A stretch of 64,000 nucleotides of DNA from Eledone cirrhosa. Lineage: Eukaryota. The position numbers were made by a program, and so were the translations under genes. The first letter of the stretch is position 1. Every line of letters starts with the position of its first letter. The DNA lies in assembly GCA_964016885.1 (NCBI GenBank), contig OZ024753.1:19716001-19780000 (forward strand), written 5' to 3'. The notes beneath the pieces were generated by a model. It did no database searches. It saw only the letters and a program-made list of their open reading frames with translations, and was not told the origin of the DNA. This document shows, piece after piece, positions 1 through 13,634 of this stretch.

Positions 1-27
1 TGTGAGTCGAAATTCTTTAATTAATTT

Positions 28-276
<249 letters not shown>

Positions 277-371
277 CTCTTTTAACCCTTTACCTGTACC
301 TGTTCCAGCCATCCGGCTGAGACATCTACATATATATATATATGTATATGTGGGTGGGTGTGTGTGTGTTT

Positions 372-411
<40 letters not shown>

Positions 412-553
412 AGATGTAAATATCCCTGAAACTACCACTATATATTTTGAATTAGTGATATAATGTTGATATAAGTTTGAAAGGTACGACAATGGTGGTT
501 TGGACGGGGAATAATTAAATGTTAAAAAATAGGGGTTGTCTTTTTACATTAAT

Positions 554-751
554 TTATTAATGTTTCACGATATTTCGAGTATAATATCTCTTCTTCTGAG
601 TAAAATAAAGAAACTAATCCAGTGTCCGATGTGGCTAGCTATACCGTTCTGACCAGCATGATATAGCAAGCCACTTCTGACACTGGAATACTTTCTTTAT
701 TTATCTCAGAAGAGGAGATGTTAATCTCGAATTATCAGGACATATCAATAA
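554..751. repeat. Diverged inverted repeat/hairpin
   Basis: TCTCTTCTTCTGAG...CCAGTGTC...GTGGCT pairs with AGCCAC...GACACTGG...CTCAGAAGAGGAGA. Confidence 0.8.
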
Positions 752-873
752 ACCAAGCCCAGCTTCTTAAGATTTAATTATTCTCCGTCCAAACCCACAT
801 TGTCGTGGCTTTCAAACTTCGAATTATTTATACCATATACAATGCTTCAAGTAAACTACAAATTCCGACTTTA

Positions 874-932
<59 letters not shown>

Positions 933-974
933 CACGATATTAATAAATGGAAACTATATTTATAAAACCATATT

Positions 975-1039
975 TATTTCATTATACACATTTCAAGGAT
1001 ACCATGTTAAATTATGGTATGCCTTCATCAGACAAAATA
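975..1039 (-). ncRNA. Type-I minimal hammerhead ribozyme (family B)
   Basis: Minus strand: TATTTTGT-CTGATGA-AGGCATACCA..TGGTATCCTT-GAAA-TGTGTA-TA-ATGAAATA. Confidence 0.7.
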
Positions 1040-1075
1040 CAATATATACCAGTTTTATATATATATAAATATATA

Positions 1076-1255
1076 TAACGAGGGAATTGTGGTAAGGAGC
1101 TAGGTGGACCATAACGCACCAGAGTACTCAATACTTAGGGTAGTAGAGTTGGTGATAGGAAAAGGTATGACCCCGACGGTAGAGCTAAAGCCGTTTCAGT
1201 CCTGAAATGGCCGTCGAAACGGCTTGAGCTCTGCCGTCGGGGTAATACATTTTCA
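1076..1255 (-). mobile_element. Hairpin element family A, copy 1
   Basis: Reverse complement of the family A tail plus hairpin; flanked by (TA)n. Confidence 0.85.
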
Positions 1256-1276
1256 TATATATATATATATATATAT

Positions 1277-1467
1277 AGGAACAAGTAAGACCCCGACGGC
1301 TGAGCTCAAGCCGTTTCGACGGCTAATTCAGTCCAGAATTAGCCCTCGAAACGGCTTGAGCTCAGCCGTCGGTGTCTTACTTGTTCCTATTACCCACTCT
1401 ACTACCCTAAGTATTGAGTACTTTGGTGCGTTATGGTCCACCTGGTTCCTTACCACATTTCCTTCGT

Positions 1468-1468
<1 letters not shown>
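1277..1468 (+). mobile_element. Hairpin element family A, copy 2
   Basis: ~110 bp hairpin GGAAC..GACCCCGACGGCTGAGCTCAAGCCGTTTCG..GTTCC plus tail ending CCTTCGTT; flanked by (TA)n. Confidence 0.9.
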
Positions 1469-1557
<89 letters not shown>

Positions 1558-2794
1558 TATATATATATACATTTATATATATGTAAATATATATGTATGT
1601 GTGTGTGTGAGTGTGTGTTTGTGTGTGTGTACGAGTGTATAACTATGGATGTCATGTTTATGTATGGGAGGTAATCATTAATATCATAACATTTATTATA
1701 ATTATTTGTTTTCTGTTTCATTAGTTTTACGCTATTTCGATCTTCTTTCAGGATTACACTTTAATTTCTTTGTGCTTCTATTGATTTTAATGTCAACTAC
1801 TTCGATGAATTATTTGGTGGATGCATAAAGAAGGTGAGTTATATTATTTACATTTCATACAAGCTGATGTTCTTCTCTAATTTTATTGCACCATTAAAAT
1901 GCTTAATTAGTAGTCAATCTGGTATATATTTGAAATTATGTAATGTATTTTCTGGTTACTTCTTTAATGTAGTCGATCGTTTGGCGACAGTTTTAGTATG
2001 TCTCACTAAGAATCTTCTAATAAATATGTTTCGTTCCATGTTAATGACAGCAGCCGTGGTACCGTATATACTGTTGATATAGTGTGACCTTGTGTGCTAG
2101 TATTCAATAGAAGAATGTCTTTTCATAAACAATGAAGCGTTATTATTCGAACCGCTGTATTTATTCAATTTCTCTTAAACACATTCGTGCTTGTTTGTTC
2201 TTAATTCTAGTTCATACATACCCAGTTCAATTTGCAACGAATATTCCATTGATCGAATATTTGCCAATATTATACTACGTATAATACAAACTGTGTTTAT
2301 AGGGTTGTATTGGAGACACAGTCCCTCAACGATAGGCGAAAGTTAGCGGGACAATATGAGACTGAAGCTTGACATGCGGCGTGCCAAGCTAACCACTACT
2401 TTAGCATAAAAGCATTGACGTTAAATGCTTATAGGAAACTTAAACCCGAATTTTATTGGAGCATATCCAAGAAATCAATGCAGTGGAGAGTTTAAAACGT
2501 TTCAAAAAGAATATAACTTAATGTTAATAAGTATTTTATGGATTATGTCCGTTCAAGTGTATATATAAATATCTCAGCTCTAAGATGTAGCTAAGATAAA
2601 ACACATACGAAATCTGCTGCTTGATCATTTATTATTGCAATTAATAATATGTCAACCTTCTTGGCAACAATGATAAAAACATTTCTAATCCGACAGCTGC
2701 AAGTTCAGAAAAAGAGAGCGGCGTTATTTTCCTGAAATACTTGAAATTGAAATATCAAAAAGTAGATATATGCCTCCACGCAGACACACACACT

Positions 2795-2900
<106 letters not shown>

Positions 2901-2964
2901 AAACTAATAAACCTATTTTCGTTCTGCTTCTCTGTTTTGTTCCCGTTCCATTTTTCACTACATA

Positions 2965-3522
2965 TATACTACCAGATTTACCCGGCGTTCCTCGAGGTTT
3001 GAAATTATTCTAAGAATATACATTTAGGAAGTAAAAGAAGAACATTATTTGTCCCCTACCTGTCAAAATACGCAGAAGTCTTCAATAATTAATGCAAACG
3101 AATATTTAGTGCAATCTTTGTACATATAAAACTATGCTGACAATGAACAGGATGTAATTATACAAATGATTAAATACAACGAAAGTGCAACAAAGAATAA
3201 ACAAGAAACACACGATATTATTAGTGATTTATCTTCAAATGAATGTGGTGTTTACATTTCTGAAAAGTTGGTAATCTCCCTTTTTTTTATAAGTATTGTC
3301 AATACAGTTTGTTATCTCCCTTACATCAATTTTTCTACCGATAATTTTTTAATCGATATTTTATTGCTGAACGTGGGTCGATTTGAATCATATTTGTGAT
3401 GTGAGAATCTTAGCGACATGTGCAACGTGCACAGAAAATTTGGTCAAATTCAGTTGGTAATTGTGAAAGCCTTAAGCATGCAAAGTTGTACACAGACACA
3501 CACATGCTCGCTTTTATATATG
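2965..3522 (+). mobile_element. Probable non-autonomous Helitron/Helentron-type (HINE-like) relic
   Basis: Starts ATACTACCAGATTTACCCGGCGTTCCTCGAGG; ends AAATTTGGTCAAATT...ACAGACACACAC..CGCTTTTATATA, resembling HINE/Lep1-like ends. Confidence 0.5.
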
Positions 3523-3524
3523 TA

Positions 3525-4036
<512 letters not shown>

Positions 4037-4636
4037 AAACCCATCAAACAATTATAGGGGGTAATATGTAAAGAATGCAAACACACATAGTTACGCGTGG
4101 TAACATATTAACAATTAAATAGAATCTCTTGCAATAATGATTAATCTCTTTTGTATATATTTTATTAAATAAATATAATTCACAATAATTGGCAAATCAC
4201 AGATGTTAAAATCCGGATCATCGGCAATGGAGGTAATTTAGCTATCTGTGATTACACACTACAAGGAAATCTGGAAATGACGAAAAGCGCGTGTGGTCTT
4301 TTTAAAAATACGCATCGCCCTGCCGTGTATATATATATATACATATGCAAAGAAGTAAAAATATATCAAAATAAATATACTTTATTTCGTTGTTCTGTAA
4401 ATATCTCCCTGGAAACAGGATATGAAGATATCCTAAACTAGAGCAGACTAATGTGACAATATTACAGAAACAATAGTCATTATATCTTGTTATACATTTG
4501 ATAAGGTAAACCTGTAATCAGAATATATACAAATATTAGTTACATTACTTATTATATCTAAATCATATACACACACACGCACGGACACACACTGACACAC
4601 ACGCACGCACACACACACGCACACACACACACACAC

Positions 4637-4725
<89 letters not shown>

Positions 4726-5462
4726 GTTAAAACGTAAAAGGGCAGAAGTATACTTAAAGAGTATTTTTTCTTTAATCCGAGAGAATGAATAATTTTATAA
4801 TTGTTATATTAAATGATTTAAATTTTGTCAAATATTATCGGTTGCAAATAATATATTAATTTTACGAAATATTAGATAGTGCATATTTTAAAAAAGTGTT
4901 TTCATAAATTGTATGATATAAACGAGAGCAAAGAAGGAGTTGGAAAGAAGATTCGAGAAAGACGCATTATAGTCTATCATTTGGTCTAAAATATTGAAAC
5001 AACCCACAATCATATATTGATATACTTGAGAAATAACAACGTTCAATTAAATTAGGTTTCAATAGAAATATTGCCTTACATTGTGACAAGCATATTTACA
5101 GGGCAAGATATGGCTTACTTTCACATAGGAAAAGGAATATTATATAAGAAAAGATAAATCAATTGAACACCCCTTTCATCTATTATGCCCAATCAGAGTA
5201 TTCTTAGAAATCAAAGGCTTTTCTAAGATGGCGATAATTATAAACCTTCTCAGATAACACGTGATACAATGGGTGGAAATGTGTGAGTACCAATTTGTAG
5301 CTAATACTGTTACAGTATTTTGTTTTGTTCAATACTTCAATATATTATTAGACTATCAGTTGCCAGCTGAATCAATAAGGATTTACTTTTGCAAATGTCT
5401 GCCTTACCATACTGATCATATGATCATACCTGTACATATTAGTGCATACACACACACACACA

Positions 5463-5572
<110 letters not shown>

Positions 5573-5573
5573 T

Positions 5574-5830
5574 AAGATGGCGTAGGACAGAACAAAGGAG
5601 AGGCACAAAACAAACAAAACGAATTCCCAGTCAGTGAAGAGGTCACAGAATGTGTGACGAAAGAAGTTTCACAATATATGAACAACCATCCGGTTATGGA
5701 ACCAACCAACCATCCGGAAATTTGTAAATTCTTAAATTTAAAAATGTAATTTATAATAAATTGGAGTGAAAGTTACTGGTGCGTGTGTTTCTTATTGGCA
5801 ACATGACCATCCCAAAGCATAACAATATCT
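5574..5830 (+). mobile_element. Family C Penelope-type pLTR fragment with decayed hammerhead
   Basis: Matches 23490-23690 and 56300-56510; GTCA-GTGAAGA-GGTCAC..GTGAC-GAAA. Confidence 0.75.
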
Positions 5831-6008
5831 TTATATAAAGAAAACTGTTTAAGTTTCGTTAACGGCGAAACACACGAAAGAGGTTACTACCCAATGGAAA
5901 ACTAAATACATATAAATGAAACTTCATCGTTTTACTTAATATTTACACTCTGCCTCTGTATCAACTGGTCGTTTAGGTACCACCACCAGTAATTCACAGT
6001 ATCACACT

Positions 6009-6080
<72 letters not shown>

Positions 6081-6083
<3 letters not shown>

Positions 6084-6268
6084 AACCAGTAAGACCCCGA
6101 CGGCTGAGCTCAAGCCGTTTCGACGGCTAATTCTGTCGAATTAGCCGTCGAAACGGCTTGAGCTCAGCCGTCGGGGTCCTACTGGTTCCTATTACCCACT
6201 CTACTACCCCAAGTATTGATTACTTTGGTGCGTTATGGTCCACCTGGTTCCCTACCACATTTCCTTCG

Positions 6269-6269
<1 letters not shown>
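6081..6269 (+). mobile_element. Hairpin element family A, copy 3
   Basis: Near-identical to 1277-1468; between (TA)n tracts. Confidence 0.9.
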
Positions 6270-6325
<56 letters not shown>

Positions 6326-8017
6326 AAATGGTGAATTGTGTTGTTGCAGTTAAGTATAAAAAATGAAGAATTAGAAATAGAAGTTGGGAATATCCGTCAT
6401 CAGTTGTCTACTAGCCATCATACGTATTTCTTCGCATTACAGACCATATACCTCCGCCTAGGGCGATACAATAACTAAAATAAGTTATTGGGATAAAAAG
6501 AGTTGGGTGGAGAAATAGAGACAGGTAAACATACACGAATGGTGAGGCAACGTAAAGAGAGAAAAAAATGAAAAAATCAAGTCAATAATTCATTTCGAAC
6601 ATAAGAACAGGCGAATATTGACGAGGAGAACAAAGAGATATTTTAACCGTACGGGTGTGAGCGAGAAGAAAGACCGCGTACATTGTGGGACGATGGAGGA
6701 AGTGAGAGAGAGGGTGAGTAGCAGAGAGTGAGGTGAGTGAAAGTGTGAGGAAGAGGTTAGCCGAGAGAGGGTGACTAGCAGAGGGGTGAGTGAAAGTGAG
6801 AGGGAGAAGGAGAGAGAGAAGGTGGAGAGAACAATTCTCCTCGTCAAAATTCGCCCGTTCTTTCACAGTTGGCAACAATGTCGCTTACATATTTGATCTT
6901 TCTTCTACATTTATTGTCGACTGATGGCCCTCCTCTTTTGTGTAGCAGACATTTGGTAAGGATTTCTTGTTCTTACATTGCATAGAGATATCTTTCACCG
7001 CGGGATGTCGTAAACTTGTCGGAACCCCATGCCAGGCTCTTTAGATGATTTATCCCCTCCATGGTCTGTGCTTTTCGTCTCATATACCCATGCATAACTT
7101 TCTCTGTAAATTCGTATATATTTTATGTATGCATGTACGTACGTATGTATGTATATGTGTATGTATGTATCTATATATGTATGTATCTATGTATGTATCT
7201 ATGTATGCCTTTCTCAGGGCATTCTTCTAGGAGAAGGCAACTCAGGAAACTGGGATAACTTCGATATAAAACTTTCGGCTCAGTAGTTACCGATGATTTT
7301 GATATTTTCTTCTTTTCGGGCTATAGCTACTGTCGCTCAGAGAGTGGGATTGGCTCAGTGCACAGTCTTTCGTCACTTTAAAAAATATATTCATGCACAG
7401 GCATTGCACGATAGAATTAATTAATAATTATTAATATATCGTGCAATGGCCATACTCGATAACGAGGGGGCAGCCATCATCATGTATGTATGTATCTATG
7501 TATGTATCTGTGTATATATCTATGTATGTAGGTATCTATGTATATATGATTTTTTGTGGAGTGAGAGACTCCTAGACTTCTCTCGAAGGTCACTCTCATA
7601 TAAAACTTGCGATTTCTTTTGCATCCAATGATGTAGACCCTTTTTAATATACCGGCATGGCTTGATATGTGGCATTGTTTGCGATGCATGGTATTGCTGG
7701 CTATAGGCAAGTCCCTAGCAAGACTAAAAAGCTACGTCTATGATGCTTATGCTTAAGTATCAAGCGATGGCATTACTCGAAATTGAGTCGCAACCATCAA
7801 CATGTATGTAAGCATTGGCGTTTATGTATATATGTAAACTTTTCATATTCGAAATTGTCATAACATTGTGTTAAACTAATCTTCTTCGATCAATCTTACC
7901 GGTTTATTGATTTTAGATTACCATGAGACCTGGGAGGACATTTTGTCGAATTTTTATTTAGATGTTTCAACTCTATCTAATGTAGTAATAAGTTAACTCT
8001 ATTGTTTCTATATGCTT

Positions 8018-8052
<35 letters not shown>

Positions 8053-8159
8053 TATACCCCCCCCCCCCCACACACACACACGTGAGTTTGGATTCATGGT
8101 TGCAAGATCCGGGTTTTAAACACCAGACAGACTAGAATGTTATGAAATTGTTCGACGCA

Positions 8160-8500
8160 CCTTACGGGTTGCTCCAGTCTACTGTATGTTGTGTCCACTA
8201 GCATGTAAGACAGCAACGAAGGTCCTCCAATTCTGTTTATCCGGGGGCAGCTACTGTATGGTATGCCATGTGTGTTGTCAAATCTCCATCTCTCCCTCAA
8301 CTTTTCTGCGCCAGGTGTCACTTAGCCTTCCCCGTTTTAACTCCCTTCTGGTGTCCAGTGAAGTGCTGTTTTGGGGTGCTATCTTTCCCTCTTCTGAGAA
8401 CATACTCTATTCAGTTCCACTTTCTTCCTGCTGGCTTCTACCTAGCAATTCCTCATTGGAGACCTTTTCAGGCAAAAACAAATGCTCCGGCCTACTAGTG
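8160..8500 (-). mobile_element. RTE-clade LINE 3' fragment, degraded
   Basis: Frameshifted translation FLPEKVSNEELL...KRGRLSDTWRR...DKQNWRTFVAVLHASG, typical of the RTE C-terminus. Confidence 0.7.
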
Positions 8501-8922
8501 AGAACATGAGTACCACCAACTGGGGATTCAACTTTAGCACGTGACAGCGGTTCTGGCCTTTTAATGATTCGGGGCATAAGGAAAGTATATACTTTCAAAC
8601 GTTCAATCGACTGACAGGAAGGTTTACGCTGCTGATGACAGCTAATAAGATAGAAACTAGTTCATCGTTCCTTTTTCAGTGTTGAACAAAAGGGCAACGA
8701 TGGTTGCCAAACACTGTACGGCTTAATCCGGGCTGTTTGTTTACAAACAAATCAAACATTATAATAAATATTTGGTAAACCCATACGTACCTATATATAT
8801 ATATGTGCATGTATGTATATACATACTACTGTACGTCTGTATACATATATGTATGTACGTTTACATACTTATATTTAAGTATCAGCCTTACTAAGAGTGA
8901 GAAATGAAATTTCATTTTTTCC

Positions 8923-8992
<70 letters not shown>

Positions 8993-8994
<2 letters not shown>

Positions 8995-9510
8995 TCTGTA
9001 TTTAAAATCGAGTTTTCACAATTGATTATTGAGATAGTGATTTCAAGACAAAAATCAATTTAATACATGGTGATGAAACATATGTAAATACTTGTAATAA
9101 ACCCTATTGTATCCCTTATCTGTTTAATCTTCTTTCTACTTTCTGTAACTTCACTAGGGATTACTGATCACGGGTCTTTCAAGGAACTACCCTTCAATTA
9201 ACCTACCGTAGTAAAATCCTGTTCAGTCAACTACTACTGAACGCTGAGACAGTCCTCCTCATAGGATACTCTAAACGGGAACTAAGGAAACACAAAACGA
9301 TATAACCTTTACATACGTTATTCCGGGTTGAATGGGAGGTAACCACAGTAACTAAGGAACTCAATACATAGCAGAGTATAAACGTTTTAATATAGAAGAG
9401 ATTCTACAGGACTAGAACTGTTTCATTCTTTAGAAATCATCAGGAATCGATTCCTGATGATTTCTAAAGAATGAAACAGTTCTAGTCCTGTAGAATCTCT
9501 TCTATATTAA

Positions 9511-9513
<3 letters not shown>
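8993..9513 (-). mobile_element. Fold-back cassette with a perfect 130-bp palindrome (9384-9513) and mirrored hammerhead-like cores
   Basis: Palindrome centre GAATC|GATTC at 9448/9449; CTGATGA-T-TTC-TAAA-GAA-T-GAAA at 9454-9476. Confidence 0.8.
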
Positions 9514-9583
<70 letters not shown>

Positions 9584-9589
9584 CATTAA

Positions 9590-9842
9590 TAACAATTAAA
9601 GTGACAGAGAGGAGACTGAGGTTAGCTGGACATGCTCACCGACATCCAGAGTTGACATTGCACTCAGTGCTCCTGTGGGAGTCCCTATATAGACACACTG
9701 CAAGAGGAAGACAAACGTTAACGTATGTTGATGCCCTAAGGACAGACACTGGTCTGTTGCAAACGCAGGACATGGCAGCGATAATGAGGGACAAAGACCG
9801 CTGGAGAGAGAACTCGTCCATGGATCTCGGGAATTTTACCCG

Positions 9843-9845
<3 letters not shown>
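9590..9845 (+). mobile_element. RTE/RTEX LINE 3' fragment
   Basis: RRLRLAGHAHRHPE..VLLWE..RGRQTLTYVDAL..DTGL..MRDKDRWR. Confidence 0.8.
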
Positions 9846-9908
<63 letters not shown>

Positions 9909-10116
9909 ATGTGTCTGTGTGATTATGTGTGCGTATGTAAGCCAAAAAGTTTCGAACTCCATATACTATGACGATCATCAAGGAACGTTGAATCGATTCT
10001 TGACATGTAATACCCATAGCGTATGAGGATTCTCTCTTACGGTAAACAAATTCGGTGGGCCGTTTGATTACAGGAGTACCTAATGTATACACACACACAC
10101 ACTCACACACACCCAC

Positions 10117-10160
<44 letters not shown>

Positions 10161-10176
10161 TTGGATATATATATAG

Positions 10177-10373
10177 AGAGACAATTATTAAATATATAAA
10201 TAAATAAATGCTATTGTTAATTAATAAATAAATCAACTAATACCTTAAAACTTCACACAAACTAAAATATTTCGTTTTAATCATTTACTAACACAGAAAA
10301 AAGAGAGAAATAAATAAAAAGGGAAACAAATATATTTTTCTTACTAATAATCGTCTTTTTCTCACTGTTTTCA
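10177..10373 (+). mobile_element. Solo 3' tail of the Neptune-type PLE at 15595-17310
   Basis: Reverse complement of 15597-15787 with scattered mismatches. Confidence 0.8.
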
Positions 10374-10449
10374 TATATATATATATCGGTGTGCCCGCCC
10401 AGCCAGTGGGATGGCGTCATCGTATGGCTAAATATATATATATGTAATT

Positions 10450-10665
10450 ATTAGATAGTGACACGAGCTTAATGTGCTTACACCGTATTTGATTAATTGT
10501 ATTAGTCTGTTAGATGGGATCGTCAAAAACCCTCTGAATGGAAAAAGGATGAGTATTGACGTACATGGCGAACCCACAATTATGGTTTCCCGGACCAAAG
10601 TGGTACCATTACACCAACACGCCACCCATGCTTCCGTCCATCGAATTAGAAGTTATATAACCATA
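10450..10665 (-). mobile_element. Repeat carrying a tRNA-like segment (second copy)
   Basis: Inverted homologue of 10720-10910; minus strand GGCGTGTTGGTGTAATGGTACCAC..GGGTTCG. Confidence 0.65.
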
Positions 10666-10689
10666 GCAGGTATATATATGTTTATAAAT

Positions 10690-10962
10690 GGGAGACACCA
10701 GGCAGGCTTTGTTGAAAATTAGGTTATATAGCTTCTAATTGAATGGAAGGAAGCTTGGGTGGCGTGTTGGTGTAATGGTAGCACATTGTATGTTCGTGTC
10801 CCATGTACGTCAGTACTTATCCATTTTCCATTCAGTGTTTTTTTTTTGTAAATCCCAACTAACAGACTAATTATATTTAGTCAAATACGGCGTAAACATT
10901 TGTTACTACCTAACTTTCAAATTCGCAAGCTGTTTGTAAACTAAGCCTGCCTTGTGTCTCCC
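10690..10962 (+). mobile_element. Element with ~20-bp terminal inverted repeats and an internal tRNA-like segment
   Basis: GGGAGACACCAGGCAGGCTT / AAGCCTGCCTTGTGTCTCCC; A-box TGGTGTAATGG at ~10768. Confidence 0.65.
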
Positions 10963-11044
10963 TATATATATATCGTCTTCCTGTCTTCCTCCGGTTGCAA
11001 CGTTTTTTGAAATATCCAGTTCTGCGTTTACAGATTGACTTTGT

Positions 11045-11181
11045 TAGTTTCAGAAGATCCCGTTAAGGGTGAATGCAGCGATTCTTTGCTTAAACTTTAA
11101 TCTGTTATTTAATAAATATTTGTTCTTCGGTTCTTATATATTTGATATATATTTTCCTTATCGAGCCCTCTCTGGATTTTA
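11045..11181 (+). mobile_element. Family E pLTR-like fragment
   Basis: Matches 47820-48005 and 63330-63420; CAGAAGA-T-CCC-GTTAA-GGG-T-GAAT is a decayed hammerhead-like core. Confidence 0.7.
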
Positions 11182-12247
11182 GGCGATGTCGAGCTCCGTC
11201 AGCATGTTCTGAAGCTGATTCGTTGTTTCAGCAACGAGTACAATGTCATCAGCGAAACGGAGGTGGGTAAGTATCTCCACGCTGATGTTGACACCGCCTT
11301 GCCAATCAATGCTTCTGATGATCTGCTCGAGACACGCGGTGAAAAGTTTTGGAGAGATCGTATCTCCTTGTTTCACTCCCTTCTCGACCAGCACTCGTAC
11401 GGGTGATGACAGCAGAGCTATGTCGGTGGTGCATCCGGAACTCGCCTCCCTCAGCAGTTGAACGTATTGCGCCTCGACACCTTGCCTCTGCAGCGAGTTC
11501 AGCACTGCGTTGATTTCGGCGCTGTCGAAGGCCTTCTCGTACGAACGCGACGGAAAGAGGCATCTTGTACTCTTTTGCTCACTCAAGCAGTTGTGTCAGA
11601 GTAAATATGTTGTCAATCGTGCTGTAGTTTGTCCGGAAGCTGGCTTGCTCTCTCGGTTGCTGTTCGACCAGATGACGTGATAACCTGTTCAGGATTATCT
11701 TCGTGAACAGCTTGTACACGTGAGACAGCAGGCATATGGGTCGGTAGTTCTTTAGATCTTCAGTATCGCCCTTCTTTTATACCAAGATGGTATTCGACTC
11801 TTTCCACTGTGAGGGTATTCTTCCCTCGTCCAGATAGTGTGTGAATTGTCCGGCGAGGATTTTCCAGAGCTGCTCGCCGCCTAATTTCAACAGCTCCGAT
11901 TGTATGCCGTCTTTCCCTGCGCCTTTCCGCTTTTCATCAAACCGTCGGCTCTTTCGACCTCACCGACAAGGATGCGTGGCACATTTTCTGCCTGTTGGAG
12001 GGACGGCAACGGCTGCACATTCCCGGCAGACTTGAAGAGCTTGGCGTAGAAGTCTTCGCAAACCTTTTTCCACCTCACTCTTGTCACTGACCGGTACTCC
12101 AGCTGTGTTTTTCAGGGTCGTCACCTCCGATCTGTACATTGTCATGTCCCTTTCGCATTTCTTGAGGCTCTTCTTTTCTTTGCGGCCTTCAGGAGCTTCT
12201 CCATCCGGTATGCCTCAAAGTCTCTTTTCAGTTGCTGACGTATCACA
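11179..12247 (-). mobile_element. RTE LINE, reverse transcriptase N-terminal part (frameshifted, 3'-truncated)
   Basis: [23 protein letters not shown](G)FR, YEKAFDS, GVKQGDTISPKLF, LRFADD. Confidence 0.93.
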
Positions 12248-12249
12248 CT

Positions 12250-13592
12250 GTAAAATCCTACTTCAGTGCCTCAAATGTGGCGCTGTCTGATAGCTATGGT
12301 AGCGGAACTCAATGTCCTGGCAGGTTTTACCATGCTACACAGGTATCAGACTATTTGTCCTAGTGATGATGCATCATCTTCTAGAGTTCAAAAGCTAGCT
12401 AAACTGAAGAAGTACTGGCCTGCCCGCCCAGCCAGTGGGATGGCGTCATCTTATGGTTAAAGCAGAACGAAGAAAAGGGCCTCAGTACCCTGCGCGTCAA
12501 TCGGGCAGCTCCACGACGGCGGAGGGCAACCCGAGCGACGAGAGTCTGCTAACAATCGCATGTTCCCGAAGGCCGCCAAGGAACAGGACTAACCTTGCCA
12601 TATGCACCTACAACTGAAGGTCTTTGGCAGGGGGGCAAGGACTGAACCACCTAATCAGGTGCGACGTGTTAGGGCTGTGCGAGACACGCCAGAAGAAGGA
12701 GGGGAGTTGGCGATGGCAAGATGGATGCGCCTTGAGACTCGGGAAAGCAAAGGGTGCCAGATCGGTCGGAGGTATAGGGTTCATCGTAAGCAAGGAATGT
12801 GCTTCGAAGGTCGCTTCTTGCCAGTACATATCGTCACAGATTGGTGTACTGAACGTGAACCTCTCAGGGAGGCCACCCTCAAGATCGTCCAGACCTACGC
12901 GCCCACAAGTGCCAGCGACGATGATGAGGTGGAAGTATTCTATCACCAGCTAGACAAATTGCTAGCTGTGAAGTTGACTTACACCGTCGTGATGGGAGAC
13001 TTCAACGCAAAGGTCATTCAGGGACGGCAAGGGGAGGAATATGCTGGAAGATTCGGCCTAGGAGAGCTAAATGAGAGAGGAGAGCGTCTGGTCACCATGG
13101 CGGAGGCGAGACGGCTCTACATCAGAAACAGCCTATTCAGGAAGAAGAAGGGGAAGAGATGGGTATCGCCAAATTCTGAGCACCGAAACGAGATTGATTG
13201 CATCTTGGTCGACAAGCGACGCATACTGCAGGACGTCTCCGTTATAACGCCATTCAACACTGGCAGTGATCATCGTCTGGTGAGGGCGAGGGTCGTTATC
13301 GACCAGACGAGTGAGAAGAAGGCGCTGCACTTGGCGTCGAAGGGAGACCGCGTCCGGGTCTTCAACGAGGCGCAGCTGCAGGAAGCCATTATGCAGGAAA
13401 AGTGGCGCCAAAGAGACGGCATAGACGCTGACTACGATTCTCTGATAGGGAAACTGAAGGAGTGCTTGAGGGAGGCTAAGGGTGTGTGCCCGAGAAAGCG
13501 GAAGGGAAGTGTATCTGAGGAAACTATGAAGTTGCTTAAGAAGAGGAAAGTATGAAGAGGACATCTCAAGATCACCTCGAATATTCCCTTCT
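12250..13592 (+). mobile_element. RTE LINE, 5' UTR and APE endonuclease (inverted relative to the RT part)
   Basis: ICTYN, LGLCETR, YAPTS, MGDFNAK, NEIDCILV, GSDHRLVRA. Confidence 0.93.
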
Positions 13593-13594
13593 CA

Positions 13595-13634
<40 letters not shown>

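Noticed and set aside
12410-12560. HDV-like ribozyme in the RTE 5' UTR (part also repeated at 10392-10432)
   Set aside because: I could not build the P1-P4 nested pseudoknot by eye; it needs an Infernal search
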